Shown: positions 1-12,480, counted from the first letter of the stretch. The stretch: 32,360 nucleotides of DNA from Octopus bimaculoides (GCF_001194135.2 NC_068990.1:10290792-10323151); one strand, 5' to 3'. Numbers and translations are program-made. Notes: a model not told the origin generated them from the sequence alone.

Positions 1-1034
1 ACGATGTTTTAAGTGAGGAATTCATTCAAAATCTCCATATATAGAAGGGAGAATCTATATATATTCTCGAATAGTTTTCTTTCACCATTTTACTTAAATA
101 CTCCAAGGATGTTTTTCTTACATAAAACAAAATTGATAGAGTGATTGTACCTGGGTGGAGTTGAAATTACTTGTTATGGAAAATATTTTCGATTATAGAA
201 TACTAGGTCAACAGATTTTTTAAATGATTAGTTGTATGCACAATTATAGAAAATATACTAAAAATACGAGAACACATATATGCACTGCTAAAGGAATTTA
301 TAATGCGTGGGCACAGCAAATAAAATTAAGTGTAAAATGAAATCATGATTTTAACCCCAGTGTATTAAATAAGTGTGTAAACAGTATTTCGTCCTAAACA
401 TATCTCTTTGTATAACTTATATTTGCGTTATGTATATCTTAATTAAAATAGTCACTTTCCTAGTTTAGAGATGTTCGTTCTTTCTTCTTTCTTTTATCCA
501 CTACTCAGCAGAGAGTTTTAATAATCCAGCTTCCCATTTATATAAATTAGACATGCCGTGTAAATTCGTAACGACGTCGCAGTGTTATATGATACTCTCC
601 ATACGCAAAAATTCTTGATAAACACTGGAGCAGAAGTGTTATTCGCTCAGTGATATTTATATTAAGATTTGGGAGCATGCATTCAACATTGCTCTATTTC
701 AGATGCAGTATGTTGTATTTAAGTTCGTAAAATTAAAAATAGGTGATGCTGTTTTGTAACATATTGAAAATTATAATTCTATATTACTTAAGAATGTTTA
801 TTTCTAGTGCTTAACATCAATATACGTGAGCATAGGTTTGTTAGTGCGACACCAATTTCTTTATATGTTTGATGCTGATTTTCATGTTAGTTTTGTGTGC
901 TGATTAGCCTATTATACTGATGTAAATTTTTAACTTTTACAATATCGATGTATTCATTCTGGTAGTTTGTAAGTTATAGTGTGAAATGTTCATTGTTATT
1001 TGATTCTAATACAATTATTATATATTTCTTTACC

Positions 1035-1310
1035 TACCCACATACATACCCACCTACATACATACATACACATATACATACATACATACATACATATATA
1101 CATACATACATACTTAGATACATATATGCATGCATACATACATACTTAGATACATACATATTTACATACATACGTACGAACGTACATACATATGCATACG
1201 TACATAAATACATACATACATACGTACATACATGCATACATACATACATACATGCATATATACATGCATACATACATATACATACACATACATACATATA
1301 CATATATACC
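1035..1310. repeat. Degenerate (TACA)n/(CATA)n microsatellite
   Basis: Directly visible tetranucleotide array; it explains the HTYI/MYVC ORFs 981..1421 and 1034..1303. Confidence 0.95.
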
Positions 1311-1577
1311 TTATCTGCAAATCTGTTTCTTACTAATTTTACTGATTATGTTCTCAATTACAGAAGTGTAAATTACATTCATTATAGTTTAGTAGATCAA
1401 TACCTACTGCGAAATATGTAAAATTATATCCACCCTTATTTCATTAGGGATATACAGATATCGATTTATTCTATCTTACAGATTGCAACATCAATATTGC
1501 TGAGCGGATATTTACAGAAGGTGTAAAATCACACAAAAAAAGCGGTTATATATGCATGCATGTTACGTGTATAAATG

Positions 1578-1619
<42 letters not shown>

Positions 1620-2060
1620 NNNNNNNNNNNNNNNNNNNNNNNNNNNNNNNNNNNNNNNNNNNNNNNNNNNNNNNNNNNNNNNNNNNNNNNNNNNNNNNNN
1701 NNNNNNNNNNNNNNNNNNNNNNNNNNNNNNNNNNNNNNNNNNNNNNNNNNNNNNNNNNNNNNNNNNNNNNNNNNNNNNNNNNNNNNNNNNNNNNNNNNNN
1801 NNNNNNNNNNNNNNNNNNNNNNNNNNNNNNNNNNNNNNNNNNNNNNNNNNNNNNNNNNNNNNNNNNNNNNNNNNNNNNNNNNNNNNNNNNNNNNNNNNNN
1901 NNNNNNNNNNNNNNNNNNNNNNNNNNNNNNNNNNNNNNNNNNNNNNNNNNNNNNNNNNNNNNNNNNNNNNNNNNNNNNNNNNNNNNNNNNNNNNNNNNNN
2001 NNNNNNNNNNNNNNNNNNNNNNNNNNNNNNNNNNNNNNNNNNNNNNNNNNNNNNNNNNNN
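1620..2060. other. Assembly gap (441 N) flanked by (TA)n
   Basis: N run with TA dinucleotide arrays on both sides. Confidence 0.99.
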
Positions 2061-2929
2061 ATATATATACACACACACAGACAGACAGAGAAAGAGAGGA
2101 GAGACTAACATAAATGCATGTAGTTGAACTCAATCTTTCCTGAGGATTTTTTTATATTTTTATGGCAGAGTAGATAATTCGTTAAATCATTTATTGATCT
2201 TTGTTGTTCAGTTGGTAGCATTTTTCTATTACTTGCACACATATATGCCGCAGGTACAATGAATTATTTGTTGCAGTTATGTAAATTGTATATCTCGTGA
2301 AATAATCCTGCAGATTGTAAGTTATGCCTTGTGTCTTCATCATCAAATGGACCACCTACTGTGCGGATGAGAACCATTTAGTTAGAAACGTGCACCACCA
2401 GCTATTTTCTCTTGGACAGAAAGTCATAAACGTCTTTTACTTAATAGCAGTGACAATTTAAAAGAATTCCTAATTCTTGCAGTCAGTTGACCTTCACCTC
2501 TGAATGTTGGACATCTTGTCAACAACAATTGGTTCTATAGATGTAAGAAGTATAGTATAACATTGTCTGTATGCGAAGATAAGGGAATATGCGTGTGGGA
2601 ACCTCAACATTGTGTTTTTCTATGCTTTATTAATTAGTCTTTAGAGGAAACATATACGCTGCTCCTCAGTCGAACACATAAATTTTAAAAAGCTGCATTG
2701 GTTATCAAAACATGCGATATAGTCTACATGAAGGACAGCATTAAGGCCGTTAAATATTCAAATAGTATAATCTCTCTCTATCGAACTCGAGAAATTCTAT
2801 GATATTAGTCATACTTCACTAACAGCAGTTTTTTCACCTGGGAACATCAAAAGTATAGAAGCCTAGTGTAAGTATTTGTAATAATGGTATGTATGTATAT
2901 AGATTCATATAGAAATATATAGATATAAG

Positions 2930-2960
<31 letters not shown>

Positions 2961-3000
2961 NNNNNNNNNNNNNNNNNNNNNNNNNNNNNNNNNNNNNNNN
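2961..3000. other. Assembly gap (40 N) after (TA)n
   Basis: N run directly following a TA array. Confidence 0.99.
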
Positions 3001-5113
3001 ATATTACATACAGATATAGGAGGAATGACCAGCAAAAGTGGACTCGTATATGTTTTATGGCTGTAGCAATGGCGAAGTTAATTTTCGTTTATATTCCTTT
3101 TATATTTGAGGGAGTTACAACCCAATTTTTAAAGCAATCATTCTCTTTTTCTATAATATTTCAGAGAACTTGAACTATGACATAAAGCATGTTTGTCTTG
3201 ACATAGTTCTAGTTTGATACTATACCGTATCAAACTACACAAGCAGCCCTTTTTTATTTAAAAGATAGAAGATTGCCGCAACATCAACATGTATTTGGTA
3301 TATCGATAAAATATGCTCTTTTATATTGCAGGTTCGAAATATCAAACTTCGTTTAACATGATTCAATATGTTCCGAGGAAGATTATATAAATATATATTT
3401 AAATTTGAGAAATTGAAAAAGTTATGTTTTTCCGATTGGCTAGTGCTTTTTATCTTTAAAATATTTTCCTCTTGAGTTTGACAACGATCAATATTAACAT
3501 TGCCACTAATTGTTACATGCTTATCATCTGTCTATACATTCAAATAACGGTTCTTATTTTAGAATTATACATTTGTTTTCAATATTTCTAGGACAGGATG
3601 TGTGGTGCCCGTTATTTTCTGAAATAACTTTAGGTACACAAATAACGCTTTTTAAAAGGCACGTATGAAACGGCATTTCATCCTATATAGTTTACGTTAC
3701 ATTGTCTTGCTAAATTATGATTAGAAAAATCTTTATAGAGTGACAACAAGGATATGTTGATTTTTTTCCGTCTTCCGAAAATAGGAGGGTAGGTGCAAAG
3801 AATATAAACTGAATCATTCTACGTTGAAACATTTCTTGTTTGAGAACATTGCTGTCACTTATCGTTGAGCGAAATGAAAACGTAATTATTTCATAAAATA
3901 TCTAGTGCATTTAATCAAATATTCTATTAAAATGATGCCCAGTAAATTAATATTTGCCAAGAAAAACACATAATCTCTATATAAAGCGATTACCCTGCAA
4001 AGCTTTCAATAACAAAAACAACGTTCATCTGGCGCGTGCAATATAAAAACAAAAGAATGTGTGCGCCAACATAACAGAGTTTTAGATACAGAGAATTCAG
4101 ATACATTGCTTGCTCTTCTTTTCCCTTTACTGAATTATTAATATGAACTTTGAATAAAAATGAATCCCAACGAAATATACTGTCACATATAACCCTCTGT
4201 TCCAGTTAGAAATCTGTATCTATATAATTAACTTTCGTAAATGATCTGAAATCTAGCATCACACGTTCAGTTAATATGAAACATTGTGTGGATGCCTATG
4301 GAAGTTTTTAAACGTTAATAGCTTCTACATAACTACGAAATAAATAGGGCTAAATAATATCTGATACAATCTATATAACATCTGATAAAATCATTATTCT
4401 TATGAATAACACGAGTAGTAAGGAGCAAGGAGTATCTTGCAGGGAATAAAATAGAAGATATTACGAAATACACTTTTGCAATAATACATTTTCCCATACA
4501 TTTAGCTTTGAATGAAATACTTTTCTTTTACTCATTCGAAGCAAAAGTAAATACTCTGAAAATTTATTTGCAATACGTTTGGTAAACAGGCTGTTGTATA
4601 CAAAACTATATTTTTTTAATAGAGTATATAATCTAAAATTCATAAAATGAAGTATATACTCGAAGATATGTGATATATGCAAAATTTCATCACTATATTC
4701 AGAAGTGAGTTGTTATACGAGTGCATTTAGAATATTAAAATTATATATACTATGATATCTAAAAGGTTATTATATCTTTCATGAGAACATTTGTACACTA
4801 GTCTGAAGTTACAGATTGGTGTAAATACGATATCGATTGTTAAATGGATACTTATGTTATTAGACTCGAAGCTTCGAAATTATGTTAAGCCATGAGCCCC
4901 AGCATGGCCCTTGATTTGTTTCTGTGAGATATTACTTAAATTATGAATAGAAAATTTAGAAATTTGCAAATATGATATATTTTAGAAATTATGAAATCGA
5001 ATGGTATAATATTGCGCAAAAATTTTATAATCAAAGTTTATAGCACAGTAATTTGATATCAAAATAGTAAGACAATAATAGAATTAAATATTTTAATGAA
5101 AATTAAAAAATAC

Positions 5114-5151
<38 letters not shown>

Positions 5152-5888
5152 NNNNNNNNNNNNNNNNNNNNNNNNNNNNNNNNNNNNNNNNNNNNNNNNN
5201 NNNNNNNNNNNNNNNNNNNNNNNNNNNNNNNNNNNNNNNNNNNNNNNNNNNNNNNNNNNNNNNNNNNNNNNNNNNNNNNNNNNNNNNNNNNNNNNNNNNN
5301 NNNNNNNNNNNNNNNNNNNNNNNNNNNNNNNNNNNNNNNNNNNNNNNNNNNNNNNNNNNNNNNNNNNNNNNNNNNNNNNNNNNNNNNNNNNNNNNNNNNN
5401 NNNNNNNNNNNNNNNNNNNNNNNNNNNNNNNNNNNNNNNNNNNNNNNNNNNNNNNNNNNNNNNNNNNNNNNNNNNNNNNNNNNNNNNNNNNNNNNNNNNN
5501 NNNNNNNNNNNNNNNNNNNNNNNNNNNNNNNNNNNNNNNNNNNNNNNNNNNNNNNNNNNNNNNNNNNNNNNNNNNNNNNNNNNNNNNNNNNNNNNNNNNN
5601 NNNNNNNNNNNNNNNNNNNNNNNNNNNNNNNNNNNNNNNNNNNNNNNNNNNNNNNNNNNNNNNNNNNNNNNNNNNNNNNNNNNNNNNNNNNNNNNNNNNN
5701 NNNNNNNNNNNNNNNNNNNNNNNNNNNNNNNNNNNNNNNNNNNNNNNNNNNNNNNNNNNNNNNNNNNNNNNNNNNNNNNNNNNNNNNNNNNNNNNNNNNN
5801 NNNNNNNNNNNNNNNNNNNNNNNNNNNNNNNNNNNNNNNNNNNNNNNNNNNNNNNNNNNNNNNNNNNNNNNNNNNNNNNNNNNNNNNN
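5152..5888. other. Assembly gap (737 N) flanked by (TA)n, followed by (AG)n/(AGAT)n
   Basis: N run with TA arrays on both sides. Confidence 0.99.
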
Positions 5889-6528
5889 ATATATATATAT
5901 ATATATATATATACAGAGAGAGAGAGAGAGAAAGAGAAAGTGTGAGGGAGATAGACAGATAGATAGATAAATAGATAGATTTATAGACATGTATTGAACC
6001 TAAATTACAGATTCTGGACTTATATACGCTTAGAAAAAGTTACCTACCTAAATTCATGCGGATACTTACAATAATAGTTGGTGTTACGCACTGACCGTTA
6101 GTTTCACTTGTAACTACACATTCTAAATATTAGCGAAAATTTGAACCGTTGTTCTCTTCGTTTATATTCCACAGCAGGAATAATTTTCATCTATAAGATT
6201 AGCAAATTCAGCAAGTAATTAAGAATATACACTAATTAAAAGATTAAGTAAGAATCCGATTTTCCACTAAGTGAAAGACATTAACATAGGAATCTTCCAT
6301 TTTATGACGGCAGGTAATGCTTTTACATGAAATCTCGGTTAAAATGTTTTTCAAGAAATCTGTGATACAAGACCTTATATTTGTAGGGTCTGACACGATT
6401 ATTTCTTGTAAAGTGTAGGCCTTGTTCTTTATTTATACACATAAACATATATGCTTGCACATATACCCATCATTATTCTCCTAGGTGTTCACTTATCTAT
6501 TTCTATTCACATAATCAATGAGGGTGAT

Positions 6529-6550
<22 letters not shown>

Positions 6551-6559
<9 letters not shown>

Positions 6560-6665
6560 TACGGAGATATACTTGCATAGCAAGTGACCTGATCTGAGAT
6601 AGTTTGCGGAACGAAAACATTTGCAGCTTGCAAGGTATTTATAATCCATTTAAGAAACACACAAA
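6551..6665. mobile_element. Probable fragment of a common octopus interspersed repeat (family unassigned)
   Basis: TACGGAGATATACTTGCATAGCAAGTGACCTGATCTGAGAT...AAGAAACACACAAA, starting right after a (TA)n tract, resembles a repeat I recall from Octopus DNA. There is no second copy in the window, so this rests on recollection only. Confidence 0.35.
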
Positions 6666-6869
6666 CACCCTTCCTCCATTTCTCACTCACTTCACCTCTA
6701 CATTTCTAACTAACTAATGTATAACGGGGGAACGAGAAAGCAGCTCATTGTATAGATTATTATATGCATATACACAGGCATGCAGATACAGATACGTGTA
6801 TACATGTATGCATTCATTTTTCCATACAAATAGTGACATGCATTCGTATGACTAGATAGTTATAAATAA

Positions 6870-7143
6870 AACAATACATAGATAGATAGATTGAAAGATA
6901 AATGGATAGATAGATAGACAGATAGACAGGTAGATAAATAGATAGATGGATAGATAGATAGATAGATATATAGATAGATAGATAGATAGATAGATAAAGC
7001 GATAGGCAGACAATTAGGTAGATAGACAGAGAGACTTAAATAGATAGGTAGATAAATAGATAGATAGATATATAAATAGATAGATATATAGAGAGAGAGA
7101 TACAGAGAGATAGAGAGATACAGAGAGAGAGAGAGAGAGAGCG

Positions 7144-7175
<32 letters not shown>

Positions 7176-7180
7176 CGAGA
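6870..7180. repeat. Compound (AGAT)n-(AG)n-(AGAC)n microsatellite
   Basis: Directly visible; explains the LSIY/VCLS ORFs on the minus strand. Confidence 0.95.
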
Positions 7181-8259
7181 TAGGGTTATACATCGACCGC
7201 TCACTGTTTATCAAGTGCTATTTAGTTGTCGGCATTATTTTATTTGTAGCATATTTGTAAGATTATTTTGCCAATACAAATTAGGAATGTTAGTTCTTCT
7301 GAACCGCGTTTTTAATTGTAATCCACAAATATATAACAGAGTAACTAATTAGAAAATCGATTATTAAATGAAACTTTTGATCAATTGTTTCATTCTTAAG
7401 CTTTTCAGCATAATTTTGGCGCCGTTTATAGCTTCGATAATGACGTGCCCAGCTGTTTAAATACCTCTTTACTCAGTTCGGGTCGAATCTAGAGAAATAT
7501 GTGACGCTTCAGATGACCTTGCTTATGACAGCAAATGATTTTTGATACACCAGCCTATAGACGGATTGATTGTAAATACGATTAATCAAGTAGTTGACAA
7601 GTTATTTAGTTAATTAATTACTCAGTTCAGAAATAATACTGTGATAGCGAACTGGCATAAAATGCTATGCACGCGCGTGTGTATGTGTGTCTGTTTTTTC
7701 TTAGCTATGTGAAATCCTTCTGATAAAGCAACTAATTCGTCAAATGCACAACAATGTCCTTATATATGAAACAATATAGAAATGGAATACTTACTTCATT
7801 TCGTTAATACTTCAACGTAGCAATGTGGATGTGAGAAGATACTGAGAAACAATCGTGTGTATTGTCTGTCTGTCCGTCCGTCCGACCACCCATCCATCCA
7901 CCCATCTATAGCTTAACTGTGCATATGTGTGTGTGTTTGTATGTAGCTGAAATGTTGTCCAGTCATATAGTGAACAATGGTTTCGCTTGCACAAAGAGCA
8001 TAGGTCATTTGGCTCGGAAACGGGGGCAGACTCCAAAGACGAACTGACATGTAACTCTTTAATTCTGGGAGGCAGGAATCCGTTACTGCCAATTGCTCAG
8101 ATTGTTATCAAACGCAACAGACACACACACACGCAGAGGACAAACATATTCCCACACCTCCAAGCGGGATATCAAATAAAACGCATATATCTAGATGTAT
8201 GTCAATCTATGACAGCAACCTACTTGAATGAGCCAACATACCAGAAAACGTAGCTGGAA

Positions 8260-8334
8260 GACAACTACAGAGATCAGGTGGTGGTATTAGAAATGGCCTA
8301 GACCAAACAATTGCCGAAACGCACGTCAGTTGTC
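8260..8334 (+). ncRNA. Decayed minimal type I hammerhead-ribozyme-like motif (probable Penelope pLTR remnant)
   Basis: Stem I GACAACT (8260-8266) / AGTTGTC (8328-8334) encloses GAAAC-GCAC-GTC (8316-8327). The CUGANGA box is mutated (CAGAGA, 8268-8273) and stem II is not properly paired. Confidence 0.4.
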
Positions 8335-8458
8335 TAAGTAGAATGTATATATATATAAATGCATTTAAATGAGAATAAGATCAATATTTAAAATATCGAT
8401 TTTATCAATTGGCCAGCATGGGCATAAAAACTATCAAAGGTAATACTTATTTAAAATG

Positions 8459-8628
8459 ATAATTTAGGGTATCTAAGTGACACCACCACGCTGAAAATAG
8501 CAGCCAAGGCTTAACTGTAAAACGACAGCAAATATTCATATAGCTATATGAACATTTACTGTGGTTTTAGAGTGAAGCTTTGACTGCTATTTTCTGCGTG
8601 GTGGTTTCTCTTAGATACCCTAAATTAT
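8459..8628. mobile_element. 170-bp near-perfect palindrome, MITE/foldback-like
   Basis: Perfect 19-bp termini ATAATTTAGGGTATCTAAG / CTTAGATACCCTAAATTAT. 75 of 85 positions pair by manual count, with a perfect 18-bp central palindrome TTCATATAGCTATATGAA (8535-8552). Confidence 0.8.
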
Positions 8629-8663
8629 AATTAGCAATATATATATATATATATATATATATA

Positions 8664-8700
8664 NNNNNNNNNNNNNNNNNNNNNNNNNNNNNNNNNNNNN
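8664..8700. other. Assembly gap (37 N) after (TA)n
   Basis: N run following a TA array. Confidence 0.99.
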
Positions 8701-9281
8701 CGTATATACTGAAAATGCACACTGTATTGTTTAATATACTCAATTATTTTGTTCACGGATTTTTATATTTTATAGACATTAGTTTGTATCTAAATATCGC
8801 GCAGTCTTCAGAAACCCCGAACTGCAAAATTAAAGGGATTTTTTTTAGGTAGTTTTTTTTTCCGTTTCTTTTTGATTAAATTTCGGACACATGCACTCAA
8901 TATTAATTGCTCTTCGTAACTAATGCCAGAAATGTATTGATTTCAGCAATACGCAGAATTCGACAACATGACGCCAACCTAGTGATTATATAATTGACTG
9001 CAATTACTTCAATATATATTTGAGATATTTTATCAATCATCTCCTGATAAAATATACGCGAAATTTTCTTGAGAAGGAATGAAACTCTGATCGAAATAAC
9101 ATTAAGATCGATACCGCAGAAAAAAAAAATCGATACGCTTCCAATTTCACCCGTCCACACTTCCTAAGAGAGGGCAAAGTATTTGATAATCTATGGGGAA
9201 TTGAAATTTTCTAAATGAAAAATATCGCATCAAATCATATAATCTTTACGTTCGAAATATTGTAGGGATAAAATAAATAAT

Positions 9282-9334
9282 ATCATCATCATCATCAACC
9301 GCATCATCATCATCGGCTTCGGTATCATCATCAT

Positions 9335-9384
<50 letters not shown>

Positions 9385-9402
9385 ACATCATCATCATCAT
9401 CG
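9282..9402. repeat. (ATC)n microsatellite
   Basis: Directly visible trinucleotide array with a few interruptions. Confidence 0.95.
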
Positions 9403-10094
9403 TCAAATATTTTATTGACTTCTACTGGGAGATTGTATCACTGCGTATAAATTAGTGCCTTACTCCTACGTGCTCGCATGAGATTGAATTTGTTATTTTT
9501 GTAAAGCTTGCAAAACTGTAGAATATACTCACAAACAACAACATCTCTACGTATGTGCATCTGTGTATGGAATTTTACGTCTCTCCGAATCGCTATACAA
9601 CTAGTCATTCAAATGTTTGGCTCGCCTATTATACCACATTCATTCTTTATTTTATATCTTAAAATCCTGACATAAGAACACTGTTATGTAACACAAATAT
9701 AGTTTTCAATATTTCAAACAAAAACAAATCTCTTTTATGACTGAATGCGATACACAATCGGCGAATTTTAACATTTTATGGGTTTATGAAGCCAAATGAA
9801 GAAGTAATAAATGGAAATCAGTGATATATAAATTCACGAAGCAACAAAATTCAAAAAAAGTGAATAAAATAAATAAAAATCATTAACGAAATTTTTAACA
9901 GTATGTTAGTATCAACATTTTACATTAAACGAGGGACTGCTGGAATATGAAGCCGGCTATGTGCGTAGTCCTTGTTTATGAAGGCGCCATCGGAGGAGAG
10001 TAATTGTAAGTCATAATATGAATGCCTAACAAGACCGAAACGTGTTCAGTATTATGACGGAATGTGTCATTATAATTATAATTATTTATTTTTA

Positions 10095-10298
10095 GTACAA
10101 GGCCACCAAATTTATAAGAGTAGGTAAGTCGATTACAACGACCATGTTGCACATCGGCATCTGATACGTATTTTATCGACTTTCAAAAGGATGAATGACA
10201 AACATGACCTCACGAAATTTGAACTCAGGAGGCAAAAACAGATGATAAGCCGCTAAGCAATTTGCCGGCGTCATAACTACTCTTCCCGATCGCTGCCC
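10095..10298 (-). mobile_element. tRNA-derived SINE, family A (diverged copy)
   Basis: The reverse complement has a tRNA-like head with B-box CTGAGTTCAAATTTC followed by the central TCATCCTTTTGAAAGTCGATAAAAT block shared with the copies at 15951, 22362 and 22961. Confidence 0.85.
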
Positions 10299-10339
10299 TT
10301 TTGCCATCATAAATGTTTTTTGCAATATGATATGAATGT

Positions 10340-10508
10340 TGTACAGTATTGGACATATATATATATAGATTCACTCGCACACACAGACACACAGACAACA
10401 GGCGCACATATATATATATATATTTATATATGCACACGTTTGCAAGTACGTATATGCACAAATACATACACACACACACACACATGCACACACACACACA
10501 CACACACG

Positions 10509-10548
<40 letters not shown>
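10340..10548. repeat. Compound (TA)n/(CA)n microsatellite
   Basis: Directly visible. Confidence 0.9.
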
Positions 10549-10549
<1 letters not shown>

Positions 10550-10644
10550 TATTAGAGGAAAATTCAAGACCAATGCAGAATGCGTATCTCAAGTCATTTA
10601 TGATCATTTAATTATGTTAAAGTGGATTTGAAGACTTTCGGCTC

Positions 10645-11072
10645 TTTCTGGGATAACCCAAGCCGTGCACACTGTATTCTGTTATCAGAGATAAGGTATG
10701 AATATTCTTGACGGGGAAAATTTACAGTTCACAAGGAATAAAAGTCACACTTTATGAGGAATAAATTAGAATAAAGAAGTGAAATAGAACGATGAAAAGT
10801 ATAAGCAGTTAAAAGAATATACGCTGCAGAATAATTTTCACAACTCAGTTGAGTTGCGAACATTATTCTCCTGCATATATTTTTAAAAAATAATTTTACT
10901 CATTATTCTTCTATTTTACCACATTATTCTTCTATTTTATTCCTAATAAACTGTGAAATGTATTCCTTGTAAACTGTAAATTTTTCCCGTCTAAGATATT
11001 CATAACTTGTCTCTGAAAATGTAATACACAGTACATGAATATACTAATCAGCCGCTTGGGTTATCCCAGAAA
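10645..11072. mobile_element. 428-bp foldback/MITE-like palindromic element
   Basis: Perfect 19-bp terminal inverted repeat TTTCTGGGATAACCCAAGC (10645-10663 / 11054-11072). The arms stay complementary with mismatches and indels up to a central CAACTC-AGTT-GAGTTG hairpin (10841-10856). Confidence 0.85.
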
Positions 11073-11197
11073 CAGTTGTAAGACTTAAAATTCATCTTAT
11101 CCTAATTGTATATTTCTAAATGACTTGAGATACTTGTTCCGTCTTAGGTCTTTTTGAGGAAACTCTTGACAAATGAACCATCGTTAACCACACAAAC

Positions 11198-11308
11198 GCG
11201 CACGGACACACAGAAATACACACGTATATAAATTTATATATGTGTGTGTGTGTGTGTGCGTGCGTGTGTGTGTATGTGTATGTGTGTGTGTGTGTGCGTG
11301 TGTGTGTC
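11198..11308. repeat. (CA)-(TA)-(TG)n compound microsatellite
   Basis: Directly visible. Confidence 0.85.
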
Positions 11309-12060
11309 TCAATTTGTGCCAATCGTTTGATAGGGACGGTTTCACACTTCGGAGATCGATATGAGAGACAACCAAATATATTTTATTATATGCACAGAAG
11401 ATAAAATTAAATAAAACAACTTAAATTAGCTATTTGAAAAGCATGTCGAATATGATATTGTGCAGAGCAATTTTCAATTGTATCAGTTGAGCTGGAGACT
11501 TTAGTAAATATATGGAAATACAGTTTAAGAGAACAAATGGGAGAACTCAAATTTTGTTATAATTGCTCAGAAATTAGGATTCTGAATGAGCGCTTTCTAA
11601 TGAACGATGTTCATCGATTAGCTACACACGAAGTACTATGAGCGTGTTTTAGCATCTGGGACATGTGATGCACATGTGTTATTGGTATCGTCAATAAAGT
11701 ATTGCGAAACAAATTTTGATGGTTGCTAATATGCTCAGTGTTGCAATGCAGATGAGCTTAAAAACTTTAAATATATTTCCAAAAGAATATTATATACCAA
11801 AGTATCGAGACGGTTTGTAAAGGAGTAAGAGTAGAGAGACTGACATAGAGGTCAAATGAAAATATAAATTGAAATATCTATATTTGAAGCAGGAGTAAAC
11901 TGACTGGCTTCAGGTTTACATTCTCGATAATGGCCGTTTACTTTATCTGAATAATTTTATTATCCATAAAGACACGAAACATTGCACGTGTATATTACGT
12001 AACCAATTTATTGGCAGTTACATATAGGGATCAAAACAGTTCCATTTAAATTCCATTGTG

Positions 12061-12480
12061 TGCGCGGGCACACACATAAGCGTGCACATGTGAATCCTCA
12101 CGCGAAAAACAAGCGTTGGGGATTGGTAAGCGTTTGGAATTGTTAAGTGTTGGGCGTTGGTAGACGTTGGGCGTTTTAACACCGGCGTTTCGAAGAGCTG
12201 GGTAGGACGCATCGTTAAAACGGCTCTTGCGATGGACCGCAAATTAAATTTGTATAGACAAATTAAACCTTGCCATGGAGGAACGTGGTGGCGGACAAAA
12301 AACAAGACAGGAAAACAAACAGAAAAGGTTATGCGGCCAGACGGGAAAAATTATGTGTGTATGAACGCTGTGAGGCACGAACTTGAAAGTGGGGACGAAG
12401 TAAGTTCGGGTGTTTGCTCGGCGATAGCCAAGGAAGAAAAGGATTATTGACCGGAAGCATGTGGCCATGCCGGTGTAAGG
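12061..12480. promoter_or_regulatory. CpG-rich, higher-GC patch; candidate promoter or 5' exon
   Basis: About 30 CpG in 420 nt by manual count, visibly above the flanks. It contains GATTGG (inverted CCAAT) at 12121, six RCGTT motifs in 12113-12189, and a consensus donor GAA|GTAAGT at 12399/12400. Confidence 0.35.

Noticed and set aside
1482-1520. 39-nt in-frame micro-exon candidate (IATSILLSGYLQK) between TCTTACAG and GTGTAA
   Set aside because: The donor is weak, the peptide is unrecognisable, and such pairs are expected by chance in AT-rich DNA.
2300-2640. Less AT-rich stretch with long part-open frames on both strands
   Set aside because: The frames contain several stops and no protein or transposon motif could be recognised; a faint helicase-like FKL motif was too weak.
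4443-4457. 15-mer GGAATAAAATAGAAG matching the reverse complement of an arm of the 428-bp foldback element
   Set aside because: A short, A-rich match without convincing flanking similarity.
7960-8253. ORFs 7862..8047 and 7987..8253 as a possible Penelope endonuclease tail upstream of the hammerhead-like motif
   Set aside because: Only SSHIVNNG is suggestive; no further GIY-YIG motifs could be aligned.
12157-12450. 97-aa ORF in the CpG-rich patch
   Set aside because: It starts at a TTG codon, has no recognisable domain, and openness is expected with higher GC.
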